A model generated the notes under the pieces. That model was not told the origin of the DNA. It worked only from the letters and a program-made list of their open reading frames with translations, and did no database searches. Positions 56,590-64,000 of a DNA stretch of 64,000 nucleotides are shown in pieces (positions within the stretch are counted from its first letter, which is position 1; each line of letters starts with the position of its first letter). Both the position numbers and the translations under genes were made by a program. Location: NCBI GenBank assembly GCA_013416795.1, contig RQSC01000630.1, positions 1 through 64,000 of the forward strand, written 5' to 3'. The stretch comes from Prasinococcaceae sp. CCMP 1430 (Eukaryota; Plantae; Prasinodermophyta).

Positions 56590-58225
56590 CTAATCGCCGA
56601 GCAGCGCCTCGAGTCGCGCGCTGATGTCCTCCCCGACCGCCACGGCGCTATCGGCATTGCCATCGATGGCCGGCAATGCGCGCGGCGGGTCGACCGCTGT
56701 CACCGGCGCGGCAGCGGTGCGCCCGAGCGGACGTGGCATGGCCATGCGCACACTGCCTGCAGCGGCGCCCGTGCCCACCACGGATGCGAGGGGGTCGCCT
56801 TGCTCGACCGCGCCCCCACCCGCGTCGGACGGCGCGTGAAGATCGGACGGCGGATCCACGCGGTTGGCGTGTATGCTAAAAGCTGGCACCACCCAGGCGC
56901 CGCACGAGCATTGCGCGCCGTGCCAGCTGAAGGCGCCCAGCCGGTAGTCGCAGTGTGGACAGCGCAGCTTGCCCTCGACGTCACCGCGGTGCACCTCAGG
57001 CGACCACTCCGGAGGGTCGATGAAGACGTGCGAACACGCCGCCACATCGGCGGCGTCCGCCGCCGCGCGGTCGCGATCGCGCTTGACGTGGCGAAATGCG
57101 CGCTGCCCGTCGCCGCGTTCGTGGCTCACGACGTCAGACGGCGCGAAGAGCGGCCGGCGACAGCGGCGGCACAGGTAGGCCTGCGCGGGGTCGAGGGAGG
57201 ACTCGCCGGGCGTGCACGCGCCCACGCTGGCGAGCGATTGGGCGTCGAGGGCTCCCTCCACCTTCACCTTCTCTGCACTGTCCGCCTCCTGTTCCACCTC
57301 CTCAGCCTCTGCCGCCACCTCCGCAACGCCATCTCTGCGAGCCTCCGATTCTGCCCGCGCCTCTCGGCCCATGGAAGCGCCAGCAGCCCCGGTGGCCTGG
57401 TCCCTGGCTGCGCCCGAGGCGGCGCGTGCGGCCGTGCTGCCGACGCTCGCGACCGCACCTCTTGCGCTCGCGCCGTCCGCACCGTCGGCATCGCAGCCAC
57501 CTGCACCTACGCCTGCCCCTGGCCGCGCCTCGAGGCCCATCGCCTGCCGTTGCGTGCGCCAGCGCCTATACTGCGTGATGCGTGCCATGCGCGCCGCGGG
57601 CGGGCAGCCCATCTTGCGCCATGCCTCAAGCTGTCCAGGCGCGCACATGCGTACAGGTAGTGCGCGTGCGCGAGTGTTTGGGGTCAGAGGACTGCGAGCG
57701 CGGACGATGGGGCACCTACTTGCGCGAACGCGCAGGCGCGAGCGACTGTGTCCTTGCGAACGTGCGTGCGCTGCATGCGTGTCGTGCGCTCACCTGCTTC
57801 ATGAAGCCCTCGTTGGGCTCCGCCCCAGGTGACGCGCGCCTGACGATGCGCAGCGCGCCGCGTGCCGACAACGCGGTGCCGCCGTCGGCGTCGCAATCCG
57901 CCGGGTCGACGAAGACGGCGCCAGCGGACATGAGGAAGGCGCACACCGCCGTCGCTGAGCGCGACACGCCGGCGACACAGTGTACAAGCGTGGGCACGCC
58001 ACGCGCCGCGCCTTCTGCAACGAAGTCCGCGCAGCGCGGCAGGTGCGTCAGAATATCCGCGTCGGGGCTGTCCTCGACCTCCACCACTAGGCGAGCGACC
58101 GTTTCCGGGCTACCGCCGAACGGCCCCAGCGAGAGCACGCGCGCCACGCCGGCGCGCGCGAGCGCCGGCGCGTCGCCAGCATCTTGTGCATCACCCAGCC
58201 ACACGCCCGCCACGACCTCACGCAT
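56590..58225 (-). CDS. DUSP12: Dual-specificity phosphatase DUSP12/YVH1 with Zn-binding domain, 2 exons
   Basis: VHCVAGVSRSA catalytic loop, PNEGFMKQ|L, YLCRRCRRPLF, EGKLRCPHC..RLGAFSWHGAQCSCGAWVVPAF. Intron 57793-57631. Confidence 0.93.
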
Positions 58226-58492
58226 GGCGGGGGAAGCGGCGGCGACGGCGACGGCGGCCGCAGTAGCGGCCGCCGCCGCAGCGGAGCGCGGCGCGGGACG
58301 GTGGCGGCGGCGCGCGCTGGCACGCTGGAGGCAGGCGCGCGTGGGTGGACGGGTGGGTCGAGCAAGGTGTGGGGCCTGCGGTGTGCCGGAGGAGGGGCGT
58401 CGGGTGTGTGTGTGTGTATTTGAGGGGTGGGGGTGGCGGTGGGGGTGGGGGAGGGGGGGAAGCCTGCCGTGGCGCACAACAACCGGGACGCG

Positions 58493-59765
58493 ATGGCCGA
58501 GCCCGCGGCGGAGCCCGCGCCGGCAGCAGGCGGCAGCGCACCGCGGCGGCGTGGCCCTGTGGTAGTGCTGGTGGTGGGCATGGCGGGGACGGGCAAGACG
58601 AGCCTCATGCATGCGCTCGTAGCGCACCTTGAGGCGCAGGGCAGCCCCGCGTACTCGATCAACCTCGACCCGGCCGTCTCGACCGTGCCATACGGCGGCA
58701 ACCTCGACGTGCGTGACACCGTGGACTACAAAAAGGTCTGAGCTGCGCGCGCGCGCGCTCGCGGGCTAGAGGGACGGAGGGGCGGGAGGGAGAGAGCTGT
58801 GCTCGCGTGCCTACGCGCGTGCCTGCACGTGTGCGCGCGCACTCTCCCTCAATGTATTTCCCCGCGCGCACGCTGCCCCTGCGATGCGCTCGTGCGCGGC
58901 ACGACTCCTGACTCTCGCACGCATCGCGCAAACGCCAATGCCCGCGCAGGTGATGAGCCAGTACAACCTTGGCCCGAACGGTGCCATCGTAACGAGCCTC
59001 AACTTGTTCGCGACGCGCTTCGACCAGGTGATTGACATCCTCGAACGGCGCGCGGGCGTGGGCGCGAGTGCTGGGGAGGGGAGCACAGGGCGTGAGGGAG
59101 AGCGTGGCGAAGCCAGCGGGAAGGCCGAGAAAGGAGAGCCTCCGCTCGAGTACATCCTCGTCGACACGCCTGGCCAGATTGAGATCTTCACATGGTCGGC
59201 CTCGGGTGGCATTATCACCGAGCTGCTCGCGTCGTCTTTTGCGACCGTCGTGTGCTACGTCGTCGACACCCCGCGTTGCGCCGCGCCTCCGGTGTTCATG
59301 TCCAACATGCTGTACGCCCTCTCAATCTTGTACAAGGCCAAACTTCCCATGCTGCTCGCTTTCAACAAGGCGGACGTGGCCGACCCCGCCTTCGCTGTCG
59401 AGTGGATGACCGACTTCGAAGCATTCCACGCAGCGCTGGAAGCCGATTCGAGCTACCAGGCTTCGCTCTCGCGCTCCATGTGCCTCGTGCTCGACGAGTT
59501 CTACTCTGGCCTCAAGCACGTCGGCGTGAGCGCAGTCACCGGCCAGGGTCTCGAGGGCTTCTTCGCTGCCGTAGACGCGGCGGCAGAGCAGTACTGGACA
59601 AACTACCGCACGGAGCTCGACAAGCGTATCGCAGACAAGAAACGGCGTGAGGACGAAGCACGCACCGCCGGTGTGGAGAGCCTCAAGGCCGACCTGGCGG
59701 AGGACAGGAAGAAGGCGGTCCTCGGAGGTGGCGGCAGCAGCGGGGGCGACGGCAGCGGCGAATAG
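58493..59765 (+). CDS. GPN1: GPN-loop GTPase 1, 2 exons
   Basis: [25 protein letters not shown]|[58 protein letters not shown]. Intron 58736-58949. Confidence 0.96.
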
Positions 59766-59867
59766 ATGTCAATGTCAAAGAATTGATGTATTAAGTCAAT
59801 CGGGGAGACGGCCCTCAGGCCGCTCACCACACACAGTATGTACACAAGAAAGGCGAGCACGTGCACC

Positions 59868-60854
59868 TCAAAAAGCGTCGGCCCCCTGCACGCGCACGGG
59901 TGTGCGCGCCTTCGCGTGTCCGGTCACCCCCTCGTCGGGAAGCAACAGGTTGCGCGCGCCGGTCGCACCCGAGTCGTACAAGCTGTTGGGCATACCGAGC
60001 CAGAACTTGAAGCGCTCGGCCCACACCGGCGAGTCCGAGTGGGGAGCGCCCTCGAGCAGGTTGCTTTCGCGCGCGAGGATGTCCTCTGCCAACTCGCGCC
60101 GCGCATCCCACGCGTCGCGGCAGCGTGCGCGGATGGCATCCACGGGGATGTACGCGTGCATTGCCTCGATGTCCTCGATGAGCCCCACGGCGGCGGAGAA
60201 CTGGCCAGCACCAGCGTATGCGTCCACCAGCGCGCTGAACATCCGCTCGTCGGGCGGCACGCCAGCCGCGCGTGCGCGCTCCATGCACGCGCGCGCGCCG
60301 CTGGGATCACCCGCGACGCAGTAGGCATCCACGAGCGCGCCGTACACACGCGCGTCAGGCGTATACCCTTCAGCAACCATATGCTTCACGGCGGCCTCCG
60401 CGCGACCGAGATCGCCCGCGCGACACAGGACGCACACGTGCGCGTGGTGCGTGCCGAGATCGCGGCGTCCGTCGTCGGCCGCGCGGAAGAGCGCCACGGC
60501 GCTGTCGAGCATTCCCGCCTCAGCGAGTCCGTGCATGATCACGCTCATGTCGGCGGCGTCCGTCTCGTAGCCCGCCACGCGCATGGCAGAAGACACCTGG
60601 AGGAGCATGAGCGAGTCACCCGCGCGTCGGGCGCCGTCGAGCAACGCGCTGAAGTAGCGGTGCGGCGGCACGTGCGCGCCTGTGGCCTCCAGCATCTCAT
60701 CATGGAGCGCGCGGGCCTCGTCCAGGCGGCCAACGCGAGGGTCACACAGCGCGCGCGCAAACTCAACGAACGCCGGCAGTGCCGCGCGCGCGCCGTGCAG
60801 CAGCGCGCCCGCGCGGCCACGCGCGGCCGCGAGGCGGGGGCGATGGGGGGCCAC
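59868..60854 (-). CDS. Pentatricopeptide repeat protein (3' block)
   Basis: 35-aa P-type repeats (PDARVYGALVDAYC..GD, PDERMFSALVDAYA.AGQ) and C-terminal ERFKFWLG.PN..Y. No in-frame ATG at the ORF start. Confidence 0.8.
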   Translation of the reverse strand: MAPHRPRLAAARGRAGALLHGARAALPAFVEFARALCDPRVGRLDEARALHDEMLEATGAHVPPHRYFSALLDGARRAGDSLMLLQVSSAMRVAGYETDAADMSVIMHGLAEAGMLDSAVALFRAADDGRRDLGTHHAHVCVLCRAGDLGRAEAAVKHMVAEGYTPDARVYGALVDAYCVAGDPSGARACMERARAAGVPPDERMFSALVDAYAGAGQFSAAVGLIEDIEAMHAYIPVDAIRARCRDAWDARRELAEDILARESNLLEGAPHSDSPVWAERFKFWLGMPNSLYDSGATGARNLLLPDEGVTGHAKARTPVRVQGADAF

Positions 60855-60876
60855 GTCACGCGCGCGTGCCCAGCCA

Positions 60877-60903
60877 GGGGGGGGGGGGGGGGGGGGGGGG
60901 GGG
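60877..60903. repeat. Poly-G tract (~27 nt) between the two PPR blocks
   Basis: Direct reading. Confidence 0.9.
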
Positions 60904-61101
60904 CACGCGCGCCTCGTCGCGAGCGTCGACCACGCCCGGTGCGCGGGGGCATCGACCGTGCAGGCTACCAGCCAGCGAGCGCGCGCTCGCCAGCGCCCGC
61001 AGGCCGCCTGTGCATGCAGGGCGGGCCCGCGGCCAGCGCTCCAATTCGTTTCGAGCGCGCTCGCGCGCCGGTGAATTGATATCCCGTGGGTTACTTTGAG
61101 C

Positions 61102-62400
61102 TTATATTATATTTATGTCCTTCGGGCGCGCTGCGCGCGGAAGCGCCGCGCGCGCGCGAATCTTCGCGCGCGCGACAATCCGCGCCGGGGGGCGCCGCGC
61201 GGCCCCGACCGCCGCGCGGCACACGTCGCGCGCGGCCTCCACGCGACCGGCGCGCGCGAGCGCGCCGGCGATCGCGGCGTAGGTCTTTCCGGTCGGAGGC
61301 GGGCACCCGCCACGCGAGGCCTCCATGTACTCGAGCATGCGCCGGGTCGCGGTCACCTGGCCCGCCTCCGCCGCGCCCTGCGCCGCCTCGGTCCACGACG
61401 CCGTCGTGGGGCGCAGGCCCGAGCGCACGGCCGACACCAACAGGAGGCGCGCGGCCCGCCGCTCGTCGCCCGCACGCGCGTACGCGTGCGCCAGCGACAC
61501 GTACGTGCCCAGCGTCGGCCGCGCGGGCGAGCAGTCCGCCGGCAGCAGCACCTCGCGCGCGCGCTCGAGCGCGGCCGTCAGGTCGCCCGCGCGGCTCCAG
61601 CCGTACAGCAGCACGTTGTGCGTGGTGACGTCGGGTTCGAGACCATGCTTGGCACACATCCTGTCGACGAATTCCTCCGCGCCGCGCACATCGCCCGCAG
61701 TCACGTACGCCGTCGCGGCCGCGTTCATGGCCCGCGTGTCCGGCGCGATGCCGTCGGCGCTGACCATGCGCTCGAAGAGCACTTGCGCGCGAGCGCAGCT
61801 CGTGCGGTCGGCCGAAAACCCGCGCATGACCGCCGTGTACGTTTCGAGGCCGACGGCGTCGCCGCGCGCCTGCAGGCCCTGCATGAGCACCAGTGCGCGC
61901 TCGGGCTCCCCGCGAAGCGCCACCGCCGTCGCCACGGCGCGCTCCGCCGCGGCGCCCACGCGGACGCCCGCGCGCGCGCCGGCCTCCAGCAGACGCAGCG
62001 CCTGCATCGCGCGCTTGCGCTTCGTCGACTTGCAGAGCACGTGCAGGATGCGCTTGAGCGTGGCCGTGCTGGGAAGCGCATCCCCACGGGCGCCGCCGCT
62101 CCCGCCGTCCTCGCCCGCGTGCGCCCGCAAAATGGCGGTTGCGAGCTCGGCCGCCTCGGGCGCCGTGCGCGGGTTCTTCGAGAGCGCCACCAGCCTCGCG
62201 CCGCCATCGCCCCGACCGACCTCCGCCGCCACCTCCACCGCCTCCACCACCGTCGTCTGCGCACCGCCGTCGCCCCCGCCGCGCGGCGCGCACACGCGGC
62301 GGCGGCCGCCAACCAAGCCCCGCCGCGCGCGCCGGCCCCACCCGCACACGCTCACTTCTGCATGGGATTTGATGGGGAATATACACATTGGGTAGAACCC
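61102..62400 (-). CDS. Pentatricopeptide repeat protein (5' block); start unresolved
   Basis: Repeats TYTAVMRGFS, PDTRAMNAAATAY, PDVTTHNVLLYGWSRAGD, PTLGTYVSLAHAYARAGD, PTGKTYAAIAGALARAG. Confidence 0.8.
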   Translation of the reverse strand, partial: GFYPMCIFPIKSHAEVSVCGWGRRARRGLVGGRRRVCAPRGGGDGGAQTTVVEAVEVAAEVGRGDGGARLVALSKNPRTAPEAAELATAILRAHAGEDGGSGGARGDALPSTATLKRILHVLCKSTKRKRAMQALRLLEAGARAGVRVGAAAERAVATAVALRGEPERALVLMQGLQARGDAVGLETYTAVMRGFSADRTSCARAQVLFERMVSADGIAPDTRAMNAAATAYVTAGDVRGAEEFVDRMCAKHGLEPDVTTHNVLLYGWSRAGDLTAALERAREVLLPADCSPARPTLGTYVSLAHAYARAGDERRAARLLLVSAVRSGLRPTTASWTEAAQGAAEAGQVTATRRMLEYMEASRGGCPPPTGKTYAAIAGALARAGRVEAARDVCRAAVGAARRPPARIVARAKIRARAALPRAARPKDINII

Positions 62401-62771
62401 ATTCCAAAAGGGTTTACTTTTGATGGCGGTTCGGGTGCTTGTCCTTCTCCCCCCCCCCCCCACCACCTCGCCTCGGAACATTTTTTCCCCCCCAAAAAAA
62501 CAAAAAAGGCGATTTCGCGGCGCGCGGAAGCGCCGCTTCCCGCGCGGCGGCGCAGCCCGCGCGAGGCGAGGCCGCGGAGCTTCGCGCGCTACGCGCGCGC
62601 GGCCCGGGCTTTTTTTTTAAAAAATGCGCGCTCGTTTTCCCTGCGTTGCGGCTGCTTTCTTTTGTTGTCGTTTGCGTTGCCCTTTTTTTGCCCTGCGCGG
62701 GCGGCGTGCCGGGGCCGCGCGTCGCGCGGGGCGGTGCCACACGTGTGCGCCCCGCGCGCCGCATAGCTGCC

Positions 62772-63766
62772 ATGGCGTCGATGGCGGTCTCCATGCCCGC
62801 CAGCGCGGTACGTGCGCGCGCGGGGAGGGAGGGGTGAGGCGGGGAGAGCTTCATGAGGCGTGCGGTAGACGTCAACGAGTTAAACGTGCCACGCAACGTG
62901 CGCTACCAGCTCGGAACGGAGCGAAAAGTGTTTGGCGTGCCAAGCGGCGAAAGTCCGGCACGCCAGACGTGGGACCTTCCGGAGGGCACCGAGNGCGCGC
63001 GCCCGCGGCCCGCAGCGCAGCGCAGCCGGCGTTCTTCGTGGAGGCGAAGGCGGTACGTGCGCTGCGACGCGCGTGGAGCGCCGCCACGCCCGCCGGCGCG
63101 AGCGTGCGCGCCCGCCGGTGCGCTACGAGGGGAGAGGGGGTTGAAGGCGCGCTGCAGCGCCCTGCCAATGCGGATGCTGCTGCGGCGCACGCATTGGAAA
63201 CCCTGAGGTCGAATGCGCAGGCACAGTGTGCCGCGAGCGCGGAGCCTCGATGGCGCAGCGACGCTGGCTGCACCGCTCTCACGAGCTCGCTGGCCGTGCG
63301 AGTGCGCGAAGCGCGCCGGCGCCGCTTTGAGGTGTCCTTGTCCTCGCGTGGTGCTGACACCCAGGCGCCGTCCCACGACCATTCGTCTCTGCGCCCGCTC
63401 GCGCCCCCACACCCCCTCTGCCACGGTCTCGCGCAGTCCAACCGCTACAAGAAGAAGCTGCGCGTGAAGTTCAGGAGCTACAACGTCAAGGCCATCGAGA
63501 AGGCGGTTGACACGCTGCTGGACCTCGCGGAGGAGCACGACACGGACGTGAGCGGCCCGGTCCCGCTCCCCACCAAGATCCGCCGCTTCTGTCTGCTGCG
63601 CTCGCCGCACGTCAACAAGGACTCGCGGGAGCACTTCGAGGTGCGCACACACTCGCGCCTCGTTGACCTGATGGAGCCCGAGGCCGGCATCATCGACGGG
63701 CTGATGACGCTGGAGCTGCCGCCGGGAGTGGACCCCGAGATCTCTGTCATCGAGGCGCGTGCGTAG
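62772..63766 (+). CDS. RPS10: Nuclear-encoded plastid ribosomal protein S10 (uS10c), 3 exons
   Basis: Exon 62772-62807 MASMAVSMPASA (transit peptide), short middle exon ending FFVEAKA|gtacgt, last exon from 63436: KLRVKFRSY..GPVPLPTKIRRFCLLRSPHVNKDSREHFEVRTH.RLVD. Confidence 0.92.
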
Positions 63767-64000
63767 GCTCGCAGCGCGCACGCCCGAGCAAGCAGGGGTG
63801 TGTAGTATCATAAGACCTTAATTGTTCTCGCGAATTGCCCGTGAATCCAAGCGAGGGACTACGCACGCGCGTTTGTAGCGTGTTTCCGTGCGCGAGGGCC
63901 TTCCAGGGCGCGCGCGCCGTGTCGCTCAGTCCTCCATCAGGTCGTGACCCCGCGAGCTCATCGGAGGCAGGAAAGGCACAGCCGCCGCGCCCGCAGCCGC

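Overview
Eukaryotic nuclear DNA: very GC-rich, gene-dense, with spliceosomal GT-AG introns. It is most likely from a green alga (prasinophyte-like), based on a nuclear-encoded plastid RPS10 with a transit peptide, SLT-type sulfate transporter, PPR proteins, TGTAA poly(A) signals and GTGCG donor sites; I cannot name the species. About 33 protein-coding loci are supportable by hand splicing and family recognition from memory; no searches were run. They include a nucleotide-sugar transporter, cystinosin, an SDR, a GGCT-like protein, D-cysteine desulfhydrase, SLT, MAPEG, a double-SMP/C2 protein, SFT2, a VAMP7-like SNARE, RecX, TMEM144, IFT144, a KH-WW protein, CFAP251, TMEM107, FANCL, a golgin-like protein, DUF179, RsmE, a sulfotransferase-like protein, SCLT1-like, DUSP12, GPN1, PPRs and RPS10. 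There are two N gaps and many (CA)n/(GT)n and poly-G tracts. I saw no rRNA, tRNA, CRISPR array or recognisable transposon. Most notable observations: (1) two divergent genes whose start codons appear to share one CATG palindrome (31115-31118); (2) a sulfur/thiol gene neighbourhood at 2-15 kb; (3) introns built of alternating purine-pyrimidine tracts, often with no polypyrimidine tract and sometimes with complementary ends; (4) a recurring TCCCGTGG(G)TTAC motif in promoter islands; (5) several truncated, interleaved or chimeric loci that are either rearrangements or assembly errors.
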